From Sphaerodactylus townsendi (lineage: Eukaryota), in NCBI RefSeq assembly GCF_021028975.2, contig NC_059425.1:29698001-29762000 (forward strand): a stretch of 64,000 nt of DNA. The letters run 5' to 3'. Positions within the stretch are counted from its first letter, which is position 1; each line of letters begins with the position of its first letter. A program made the translations under genes and the position numbers. Below the pieces are notes generated by a model. The model saw only the letters and a list, made by a program, of their open reading frames with translations, was not told the DNA's origin and made no database searches. Positions 1-11,300 of the stretch are shown here, one piece after another.

Positions 1-440
1 TATCATTAGGGCAGTCTCCCGATGAGACCCTGAAAGTTTTGAGACTGTGCCTTCAGAAATGTGCCCCCCCCCCCAGCCTGCAACCCGCATTGACAGGAAT
101 GCTGAAAACTCAATGCAGAACAAAGATTCTTGGGCAAATTTCAGGATGTTCTTGCAGGGAGGGCATTCTTGGACGTATCAGCACGTAAAATTTCAAGGTA
201 TCATCTGGAGACTGTCATGATGGCACCCCCAAGGTTTGGTGCAGTTTGGTTGGGGGGGAGCAAAGTTATGGACCTCAAAAGGGTAGTCCCATCTCCTTAG
301 CAAAGAATGGGGGATGGGGCACCTCCTGTGAGGTTCCATAACTTTCGACCACCTAAACCAAACTGCACCAAATTTGGGGGGTCCCATCAGGACAGTTTCC
401 AGATGATACCCTGACATTTTGGTGCTGATACATCCAAAAT
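1..440. repeat. Dispersed lizard repeat (unclassified), related copies at 1690-1990 and 19020-19380
   Basis: Shared motifs CCAAACTTCACCAAA, CATAACTTTGGACC and AAAATTTCAGGGTATCATC. Confidence 0.6.
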
Positions 441-921
441 CTCCTATTTGTTGGGGGGCAATAGTGTCTGGATAAGCCCTCGAGGCACGGCAAACATTCT
501 GCTTGGAAACGGGTCTCCACAGCGCTCGGGAGTGGTCTCGAAGCAGCAGCACCTACTTGGAAAAAGGACCCCCAACACCCAGGGGGGTGCCCGAGTACAG
601 CAATAGACTGCTTGGAAAAAGGCCTCTCACCTGCAACTGACCTCTCCTTCCAAAGGTGGTTTTGAAGAAACCTGCTGACATTGCAGACTCTCTGGCTCCA
701 ATGTGTGCATGTGAAAATGCCAATTCTCCTGCTCAAATCCCCCTGTGCTCTTTGCCCCGTCCATTGTGTTGTGCTTCCCCCCTGTTTGTTTTTCCACCTG
801 TAACTGTCAATAAAAGGGCTGGGGAGAAGACACTATGGCAGAGTTGCCCGCGCTTCTCTCAGTCCACGAAACAACATGCTGCCTCGGTTGCTGTAAGACA
901 ACACCTATTAGCTCCCATTGC

Positions 922-1440
922 AAGCCTTTATTGACATAGACAACAGTACAACAATAATAAAAATGGATTAAAAAGCATATACAATACAGGACATAAATGT
1001 TAGGTCGAAGGAAATCTACTAGCGTTTAGTAATTTCCAGGAGAAAGTCTGCCACTATCATACAAAGAGAAGGATCAGAATTGTCCAACAAGTAGTGTAAT
1101 TGGGGAGATCTGGTAAATGTAAAGGAGTAAGATTCAAATACTTGGATCTGATTTCCTTGAATCTGAGACAGTGTAGTAATTGGTGGGCCAGAGATTCAAC
1201 TGAGCCATCATTACATGGGCACAATCTTTTAGCCTTTTCTTGCTTATTAAATCTGCCATGTAATAAGGCAGAAGGAATAACATTGAACCTGGCGAGCATT
1301 ATGGCTCTCCTTTGAGCAGGGTTTATTAAGCAATACAGGTAGCATGCCAAGTGGCCCCATTCAAATGGGAGAGAAAAATACAGGGGGGAGCGTGTTTTTC
1401 ATATGCGGTGATTAGGGTAGAGAACTTTCTATCCAATAGA
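922..1440 (-). mobile_element. LINE 3' fragment (RTEX-like ORF2 C-terminal CCHC zinc knuckle)
   Basis: RRAIMLARFNVIPSALLHGRF...RLCPCNDGSVESLAHQLLHC, with a 3' end carrying AATAAA at about 927-932. Confidence 0.7.
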
Positions 1441-4237
1441 AGTTGACCTTTTAATTTTATATAAGCTTATGAATAGGACAAAGGGAAAAGTGAAAGCACT
1501 GAAAGTGCATTTTTTCTGCCATGAAGGAAAACAAGGGGTTGGAATGGGTGTCAGAGAGCAGAAGGTGGGATCAGGGAATTACAGTCCGAGAGAAAATGAA
1601 TTCGCAGCCAGAATCTAAAAGCCCTCAGCCAAGCGGCTGATTCCAAGGAGTTTTGACCTAACTCCAGACAAAGGGCTGCATAGGGCACGCAATTTGGGGA
1701 TTAGTTCCATTTGGAAACAATGGGGGATGAGGCACCCCCTTTGGGAGTCCATAACTTTGGACTCCTTGAACCAAACCTCACCAAACTTGGAGGGGTAGCA
1801 TAAGGACAGTCTCCTGATGATAAGCTGAAATTTTGGTGCTGATATGTCTAAAAATGCACCCCTTGCACGCACCAATGTCCTGGTGCCAAAAATTTTTGGT
1901 CATGGTGTAGTGGCCGCCCATGGGGGGGGGGGGGGCATCCAACTCAGGTTTTGCCTGGGGCTACAGTTTGCCTCATTACGCCCCTGCTCCCTGCTCCCGC
2001 TCCTCATCTTTGCAACAAAGAAAAGTTCAAACTGTCCAATGATCTTCCCTACACGTCTTCCAACCTGCCATTAGATTTGATTTGCAAGTCCAAAGGGGGT
2101 CTTTGTCTTTGCTAAGGAGTCGGATGGGTGTTGGTCTAAGCTGCATTCCAGAGCCAACTTCCTTGTCCCTTAATATCAGCCTCTACAGGCTACTGTTTTT
2201 GCTGACAAACACAAATCTTGAGAATAACACTTTTAAACTTAAACATTAGGGAACACAGTACAATACAAGCACATAAGAATCTCCTAAATTAACAATAACA
2301 AAACCTTAAGCTAACTTGGGGTACCTAGTCAAACTAAAATCCTAAGCAGTGGGCAAATCATAAATTCAACTCTAAAGGGGCTTTTATTACATCCTAGAAG
2401 GGCATAAACAAGAGGGAAGCCATACAACATTGGCATAATCGCACGTTCACGACCTTTGCAAGCCTTATGAAGGCTTCTGAGCCACACAAGTCTCCGCGTC
2501 CGGGCATGGAGCCAGTGTAGTCACATAACTCAGGAAAATATTCTGTTTGGGCGTTAACATTAACACCAGTGAATTTACAGCTTCTTGCAAGAGCTAGTGT
2601 CTTGCTTAAATCTTACATTTCTCTAATACCCATAAATACCTATAATAAAATGGCTTGCCTTAATACACACATATATATTCCTATCAAGTTCAGCCTCTCA
2701 TATCCTCATCTCAGCTCCCCCCCCCATCTTTTTTCACTCCTTCCAGCCCTTCTTTCTACATTTCAGCCTTCCTAATTTATTATTTTACTTTAAATAAGCA
2801 GGAAAAAACCAGACTTGAAAAGTTTAATAGTAGCTAACTGTATTGTGGTACTAAATTTTGTACTGGCAGGCAACAGATTTGAGCTTCCAATGGAAAGCTT
2901 CCAGCATTTCCTAAATACTTCACATCACTTCTGTGTGACAAATACCCTCACATTAGTAGAAAAAGATTAATTTATAAAAATCTGTAGTCAATTGTGAAAT
3001 GATTGAAGGGTTGTACTTTTAATCGGAGAATTTTGAAAATGCACACTACAGTCCCATTGCACAGCTAAGTACTTTGAGGTAGGGTTCCATGAATAATAGA
3101 CCTCCTACTGATGTTAACTTCTTCCTCTATGCTACAGACAGGCTGTGGTTGTTTTTGAAATAGCTACCGAACTTTGACCATGTTGCTTCTTAAACCCCCA
3201 CGTCACTTTGCTTTTTCAGTATGGAATAGGGAGTAGGGGTGGGAGAGTGGATTTGAGTGCAGTTCAAAGCAGTTCTACACAGCAGTAATTGTTATTTTAT
3301 TCAGTTTGGCTTATTTCCCCACTCCTCCTTTAGGGGTTTATTCTGAACACATGCAACCTCTTTCTGTGTGGGTCTCATCAAACTAATTCAGGAACAGAAC
3401 TTGCAAGACAAATAGATTTAAAAAAAAAATTAACTCACCCTTTCCATTGTACAGATCAAAACGGATGTAGCAAACACATAAATATAGAAATGACCTGGAA
3501 ATGCAACATATAGTCTCTCTCTGACTTTATTTAAACAACTGATTCTGCAGGCAACGCCCTGCTTCTCAAGCCTGCCAAAGGTAGGATTCTTCCCTTCTCT
3601 TTTAGGATTCCGTTCTAATAAAGTGAACCATGCAACAACCAGACAAGGACATAGCCCTGCAATAATTACTACAGTAATGATTGTGATAATAATATGCAAC
3701 ATAATAATACACTAATGAAAAGCCAACAACCAGCTAAAGAACCGGCAGCTGTGATATCTAAAAATATAATTACTACAATAATAGCAGTTTAACTAAATTT
3801 AACCTCCCCCGTTTACTAATTAACCGTCACTTACAAAGTTTTCCAATTACCTTAGTGATATGAGCCCATAAATGTTTATGGAGCTGAAGAGGCACTAGCC
3901 TTTTCCTCTGCTGATAATCTGTACTTTGTCTCTGCCCGCAGTGTGGTTAAGCAGATTGTTCCTCGGGTTTTATCAATATTTACAAGAAAGAGTCTGCACT
4001 TACAGGAAACAAATGTGAAACTGAAAGAACTTTGCTGCATGCCGTAATTTCTGTTCCTGAATTAGCCTGCAGAACCCACACAGAAAGAGGCTGTATGTAT
4101 TTAAAAAATAATCCTAAATGGGACAAAGGGCCATAGGAATTGGACTGTCCCTTGTGATGGAGTATCTGGCAAATACACTTGAGGAAGTGCCATTTATGCT
4201 GGCGCAGAGCACTAATTTAGTTGTGTCCCCTGGCATA

Positions 4238-4520
4238 AGAAGAAGAAGAGGAGGAGTTTGTATTTATCTCCCCCCTTTCTCTCCTGCAGGAGACTCAAAG
4301 GGGCTGACAATCTCCTTGCCCTTCCCCCCTCACAACAAACACCCTGTGATGTGGGTGGGGCTGAGAGAGCTCCGAGAAGCTGTGACTAGCCCAAGGTGTG
4401 TGGGAATGTACAGGCTAATCTGAATTCCCCAGATAAGCCTCCACAGCTCAAGCGGCAGAGCTGGGAATCAAACTCTGTTCCTCCAGATTAGATACACGAG
4501 CTCTTAACCTCCTACACCAC
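4238..4520 (-). mobile_element. tRNA-derived SINE
   Basis: (AGA)n tail on the plus strand and a B-box GTTTGATTCCC on the minus strand. Confidence 0.8.
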
Positions 4521-4702
4521 TTCTGCACCCCTTCTCCACATTGGGGGTCACTGTGGCATAGCTGAGCTTGTGTTCTGAGCTAGCATAAAAGTGAATGGTT
4601 CAGAAGACAGAGATACAATTAGTCCATTCCCTGTGCTCCTTTGACCGAAGACCATCCCTTTTCTAAAACTCAAATTATGTCATTGAAAATGACAGTATAG
4701 CC

Positions 4703-5355
4703 CAGGGGTTGGCAACCTTTACCACCCAAAGAGCCATTTGGACCCATTTTCCACGGCCCTGAAGATCTACCGAGCCGGAGAAGTGGCCCCCTCCACTCAC
4801 CTATCCTTCCAGCCCTGGGAGGCGGAGGCGCCAAGCAGGGAAATCCCCTCTGCCTGACGGAGCAGGCAGACGCCTACTCTGTGGGGCAGAGGGGGGATGT
4901 CAGCCATGGCCTGCCCAGTGCCACCGCCTCTCGTGCTAAGGGAGGAAACAGCGCCGGGCAGGGAAACCCCCTCTGCCCGGTGGAGCAGGCAGACACCTGC
5001 TCCGTGGGGCAGAGGGGGGATGGCGGTTGCGGGGATGGCAGAGGGGGAATGGCGGTTGCTCTGGTGGGACATGCCCACGCTACCCTCCGACTTCCAGGTG
5101 TCGCACTGCAGCGTGGGTGTGTCCCTCCAGCCCTCCAGAGCAGCGCTGGAAGGTGAGGTGAGTGGAGGGGACGCAAAAAGCGGTGCCCTCACGCACAGAG
5201 CCGCCTCCGGTTCAGCTCCTTCACTCACCTTTCCTTCCAGCGCTGCTCTGGAGGGACATGCCCACAGTACCCTCTGACCTCCAGGCTATGTGAAGCCGCA
5301 GTATAAGGCTGAAAGAGCTGCCTGCGGCTCTGGAGCCACAGGTTGCAGACCCCTG
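4703..5355. mobile_element. Non-autonomous hAT element with GC-rich internal repeats
   Basis: TIRs CAGGGGTTGGCAACCT / AGGTTGCAGACCCCTG with an exact 8-bp TSD GTATAGCC (4695-4702, 5356-5363). Confidence 0.9.
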
Positions 5356-6879
5356 GTATAGCCCATAAAACTCACTGGTATAGCCCCCCCCCCCCATATT
5401 GTTGAAAGACTTGATTGCTTAGGATGCCAACTAAGGGGAGAGACTTCCTGGCACAGCAAAACTCCCTTCCTAACAACCAATGACACCGCCCCCTGAGCTT
5501 TAAAAATCCAGGCCAGGACAACACACACCTCAGAAGACAGGGAGACTGGCATGGGATGCTGTCTGACACCTATCTGCCATGTGGACTTAATAAGAGAAGT
5601 CTGGACACAGTGTATAACAGACTTCTCTCTGTGATACACCTCTGAGGACACCAGCCACAGATGAAGGTGAAACATTAGGAACAAGATCTACCAGAGATGG
5701 AGAGAAGGCCTCAATGTTTCCAGGACACAAGTTTAATTGAGTAGATCACATACACACAAAACATGCTCACAGACTGTAGTCTAAGTCACAGTGCTTCTCC
5801 AAGTGACTGAATTCCCCAGTCCAAGAGGTGTCTCATAGGTCACACAGCCTGGAAAACCCACAACAACCAACATCGAAAGTGATACTGTTTGGGGGGTGGG
5901 TGGGGAATCTACCCTGAAACAGCATCATTTTCAATGTTGTTTAAACTAGGGAGCCCAGATTCTCCCTTAAAGGTGGATTTAAAAGGAGAATCTGGGCTCT
6001 CTAGTCTAAAACAACACTAAAAGTGATGCTGTTTCAGGGTGGAATCCCCTCCCCCCCAAACCGCATCACTTTCAATGTTGTTTCAACTAGGGAGCCCAGA
6101 TTTGTGTGTTAGGGCATATATATTCTATAATGTGATTGTGACTTTGAGATGACATGGTGCAAAAAATTATTCTTTGATCGTAGTGGGGGGGGGGCAGCCT
6201 TTGGTCCTGGGAGGCCATCCACGGGGGGGGGAGAGGGGGGGGGACAACGACGCAAAACTCAGATTTTGAACCTGGCTCCGTTTTCTCTAGCCTTCGACAA
6301 TACATCGATCAGTAAGTATTTGGGTGGAACTTGCTATGCAAAGGTGTGGTTGAGTACATTGTATTGTGGGTGGGGTTATCAGTCCATTTTTTAAGTACTG
6401 GGAGTCATAGCTGTGTTTATCTCTCTGGATATGCAAATAGTTATGACTCAGCACCATACTTGGGAATGTGGGTACTATCTGAAGAGGAACACATTGCCAG
6501 AAAAAATCTTGCCCGTGTCAGACGATTAATAATACCCCACTAAACTCTATGAAGCTTGCATGGCAGTCTGTTTTGGGGCTCTTGCAAGACTAACGTTTTA
6601 TTCCAGCAGAAGGTTCTGTGGGGTGTAATACAGCGAGGAGAACTGCGGCTCCCACGCCTAAAGCAGGCATGGTTGGAGACACAGGGCTGAATTATCAGAT
6701 AACCACACAGTAACGCCCTTAAAAATCTTCCTTCCCCATTCCCCTCTGAACGTCTCCCCTCTCCAACCTAAAGATGGCCCAGGCCAGCAAATCTGTTTCC
6801 TTGATTCCCCCCTTCAAGTTGGGCCCTTCCATTTCGTCCTTTCTGCAACTCACGACTAAGAGTTTTGGACCTTGGCAGG

Positions 6880-6980
6880 CACCGTCGCCCTGGTGGGAAG
6901 AAAACCGCGCGCGCTAGAATTCAAAAAGCAACGGGGGCGGCGTGCAGAAGGAACTTCGGTGGATTTGAGGTGACAGCAGG
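6880..6980 (+). promoter_or_regulatory. PBK: PBK promoter / probable non-coding exon 1 with CHR element
   Basis: CpG-rich patch (CCGCGCGCGC, GGGGCGG), TTCAAA (reverse CHR TTTGAA) at 6920-6925, and candidate donors GAG|GTGACA (6970) or CAG|GTTTGG (6980). The ATG-containing exon has an acceptor at 8381, so an upstream non-coding exon is required. Confidence 0.6.
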
Positions 6981-7373
6981 TTTGGGCTTCCCTTTCTTTT
7001 TCCTCTATGGAAGCTTTTCGGCATTAGAGGGCTTATTTGTGGTATTCTTTTCTTTGCAGCGGGAGTCCAAAGTGACTTGCAACGCTGTTCTCCCTTCCTC
7101 TGTTTTTTCCTTGCTACAACAGCCCTTGTGAGGCAGGTGAGCGTAAACACAAACACAGAGCACGACTGTCGCAAAGTCCTCACACACGAACGAGTGGAGC
7201 TTTAAACCTTCCAGAGCATAGGATGACAATCTGAAACATCACATTTGCTGTTATGTCCATTGTCTGTTGCAGAGAATTCTGGGATGCTTTCTCAGGTCTG
7301 GTGTGCCTCACTGTAAAACTCAGTGTGAGTTCAGAGTGGAAGGTGAGGGGCAGGATCAGTAGTGACTGTGCAG

Positions 7374-7662
7374 AGAGCCAACGTGGTGTAGTGGTTAAGA
7401 GCAAGTGGATTTTAATCTGAAGAACCAGGTTTGATTCCCCACTCCTCCACCTGAGTGGCAGAGGTAAACCAGATATGTTTCCGCACTTCTACATTCCTGC
7501 TGGGTGACCTTAGGCCAGTCACAGTTCTCTCAGGACTCTCTCAGCCCCACCTATGTCACAAGGTGTCTGTTGTGGGGAAAGGAAGGGAAAAGAGCTTGAA
7601 GCCCACCTTCAGTCTCCTTGCAGGAGAGAAAGGTGGGGTATAAATCCAAACTCTTCCTCCTA
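7374..7662 (+). mobile_element. tRNA-derived squamate SINE (L2-like tail)
   Basis: A box TGGTGTAGTGG, B box GGTTTGATTCC, tail GGGGTATAAATCCAAACTCTTC. Related copies at 4238-4520(-), 23815-24035(+), 43725-43960(+), 48428-48740(-) and 50810-51228(-). Confidence 0.8.
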
Positions 7663-7700
7663 CTAACTAGAGTTTCACTAATTTAGCAAAGATGTTTTCC

Positions 7701-7737
7701 TGGGGGTGGGGGTGGGGGTGGGGGTGGGGGTGGGGGG
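7701..7737 (+). repeat. (TGGGGG)6 G-quadruplex-forming microsatellite in PBK intron 1
   Basis: Read directly from the sequence. Confidence 0.85.
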
Positions 7738-8395
7738 CATGGTTGTGCAGTTTCCCTTTTGCAGCTATTACTATGGCAAATTTCTTTTTCTCTCCTCAAA
7801 GCGGCTTCCCACCCACTCTATAAGTCTTCACTTTTGCAGCAACTGAGTATTGTTCTATTGTTGTGTTATAACAATGTGTGTATTGTATTCTCAATTATTG
7901 CTGCTGTGAATGGGCCCTGTACTTTTCTTGATTATATTCACATCGTAGATAATTATCTCTCACCTTGCATCTTCTTAGCACCAGGCAGACCAGCTTCCTT
8001 CTCTTTCACCCTACTGTTTGCAACTTTTGTCCCTTTATAACCTTGTATATCTACTTACAAAGGCCAGGTTAAATACATTTGATGAAGGAGACTCTTGTCC
8101 TTAAGAATGTATGCTAGAGTAAATATTTTAAGGTGTCACAACATTTCTGTTTGCATTTGTAGAAATGCCGATGTACGGTATTTATTCTGGGCATTAATAT
8201 CGCTTCACTGTGATCCATGGAGCTCTTTAATTTATCTTCTACTGAGGAAATCTTCTGAAAAACCCAAGGGCTCTCACAACCTAGCACTGGTGTATGATAT
8301 ATTGGATCCCCTCTCAGCAGCAAATAGTGCTACACAAAGAAGTTATAATTGTCACAGTGTGCTTTTTCCTGTCTTCTGCAGGATAACTCTTCACA

Positions 8396-11300
8396 ATGGA
8401 AGCAGAACTTGCCTTAAAGACCCCCAGCAAACAATCTGAGAGAAAGAAAGCAGGTGAGTCTGTACTTAGTCTTGTGTGAGTCCAGTTTTTGAAAACAGAG
8501 GAGGAGGGATAGAGGAAAGCTGGATGATGATGATAATAATAAAATAATTTTCTGCAGGTTTGGAATTGAGGGAGAAGCTAGCGTAAGTCTTATGCTCAAA
8601 GTACCCCTTCTTTATTTACAGACAGAAACTGGGGAGTTTTGAATGCTCCTTTTTTCCTCTGTAAACATCTGTCCAGGTGTCAGTTAATGCTAGTGAATGG
8701 GAGCTCAAGGAAGCAAATGGGACAACTCACAAGAGGTTATTTCCTAGATCCTGCCCCTTCCATTTCTTGGCAGAATGCAACTTATCCCTGAAATCAGGCT
8801 CTATCCCTGAAGACTGGAAGATGGCCAATGTCACACCAATTTTTAAGAAAGGATCTAGGGGGGACCCGGGAAATTACAGGCCAGTCAGTTTGACATCTGT
8901 TCCTGGTAAATTAGTAGAATCTATCATTAAAGATAAAATTATTAAACATGTAGAAAAGCAAGACCTGCTGAGAAAGAGTCAGCATGGCTTTTGCAGAGGC
9001 AAATCCTGTCTTACAAACTTACTAGAGTTCTTTGAGAGTGTAAACAGGCATGTGGACATTGTCTACTTGGATTTCCAAAAGGCTTTTGACAAAGTTCCTC
9101 ACCAGAGACTGTTGAGAAACCTCAGCAATGAAGGAATAAGAGGGGAAGTCCTCCTATGGATTAAAAACTGGTTGAGAAACAGGAAGCAAAGAGTGGGTGT
9201 AAATGGGAAGTTCTCACAATGGAGAGATGTAGGGAGTGGTGTCCCCCAAGGATCCATTTGGGGACCAGTGCTCTTTAACCTATCTCATAAATGACCTGCG
9301 GAAGTAGGGGTGGGTGGCGTGGTGGCTAAGGTCTGCAGATGATACCAAATTATGTAGAGATTGGTGAGAACCTGAATAAAGCGATTGCGGCGAGCTCCAG
9401 CTAGACCTTGATATGGAATTAGGGTGAGTGGGCTAAGAAATGGGAAATACAAGGTTCTATGTAGCAAAATGCAAGGAAGTGATACACATAGGGGCAAAAA
9501 ATCCAAACTTCACATACAAGCTACAAGGGTCAGTGCTATCAGGGGTCACAGACCAGGAAAGGGATTTGGGCGTCTTAGTTGATAGTTCAGCATGGGAATG
9601 TCCAACTCAATGCATGGCAGCTGTGAAAAGGCAAGAAACTCTATGCTGGGGATCATTAGAAAAGGAATTGAGAATAAAACTGCAAAGATTGTCCATTGCC
9701 CTTATATAAAGCAGTGGTGCGACTGCACTTGGAGTACTATGTCCAGTTCTGGTGGCCCGCATTCTCAAAAGGATATTGAGGAGATAGAAAAAAAGGGTGC
9801 AGAGAGAAGGAGCCAACGAGGATGATTGAGGGACTGGAGCACCTTCCTTATGAGGAGAGAGGCTGCAGATTTGGGACTCTTTAGTTTGGAGAGGAGATGG
9901 ATCCTGAGGGGGGGATATGATTGAAGTCCTACAAAATTATGCATGGGGTAGAAAAATGTTGACAGAGAGAAATTTTTCTCACTTTCTCACAATACTAGAA
10001 CCAGGGGGCCATTCATTGAAAAATGCTGGGGAAAGAATTAGGACTAATAAAAGGAAACACTTCTTCACGCAACGTGTGATTGGTGTTTGGAATATGCTGC
10101 CACAGGAGGTGGTGATGGCCACTAACCTGGATAGTTTTAAAAGGGGCTTGGACAGATTTATGGAGGAGAAGTCGATTTATGGCTACCAATCTTGATCCTC
10201 TTTGATCTGAGATTGCAAATGCCTTAGCAGACCAGGTGATCGGGAGCAACAGCCGCAGAAGGCCATTGCATTCACATCCTGCATGTAAGCTCCCAAAGGC
10301 ACCTGATGGGCCACTGCGAGTAGCAGAGAGCTGGACTAGATGGACTCTGGTCTGATCCAGCTGGCTTGTTCTTATGTTCTTATGTTCTAAAGACAATCCC
10401 ATTGAAATAATACAGAGCAGCAGCTGCTTCCCTTGAGGGGACAGATGCCTTTTGGACGTCTGCGCAGCTAGAGACTGCTCACTAGTCGCTAACCCAAAAG
10501 AGTTCAGTCACTGGGTGAACAAACAACCAGATTTGCCCTGGGAGGAAGAGGAGGAAAGTAAACACTTCCTTTTCCTGTGGGCACCTTCAACATGCAGGCT
10601 TTTAGAAGTTGTAGTTCTTTGTGATTAGAGAAAAATGAAAGTTTTATAGGATGTTTTGATGTTTTAAGGAAGCAGGAGCACCATTTTAGGGGAAACAAGC
10701 ATGCTGAATATTTCTTCAGATCCCAGCTGTGCTGAGAATTGGCACCACAAGATCTTAAAAAGGAAAACGTTTATGCTTCTGGATTTTTTTTTAACATGGT
10801 GTGGGGAGAAGGAATTAGACCTCTTCCATGCCCCAGGAGGACTATAGAGGGATTCCTCGCCCACCTCCCTCCCTCCCTCCCTCCCTCCCTCCCTCCCTCC
10901 ACACACACTCTTTCTAAGGCAGCAGAAACCAAGTGAAGGGCACGGCTGGAGGCAGCTGCATCAGAGACTGCTTGCTCCTAGTGAAGGAGTGAGGGGGGTT
11001 GACCCCAAGCTACCCAGATCCACTCTAACCATACCTTCTTGGCTCTGTTTGACAGTGGAATTCACTACCTCGGAGTGTGGTGGAATCTCCTTCTTTGGAG
11101 GTTTTTAAACAGAGACTGGATGGCCATCTGTCAGGAATACTTTGATGTGTTCCTGCATTGAAGGGGATTGGACTTGATAGCCCTTGTGTTCTCTTCCAGC
11201 TCTGTGATTCTAAGAATTTAGAGATGGCACTGTGTAACTACTAAAGGATTTCTCTGCCTTTTTTCTTTGTCCAATATAGGACCAGTTAATTCACCATTAA

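Noticed and set aside
4797-5277. Overlapping GC-rich ORFs
   Set aside because: They lie in the interior of a non-autonomous hAT element.
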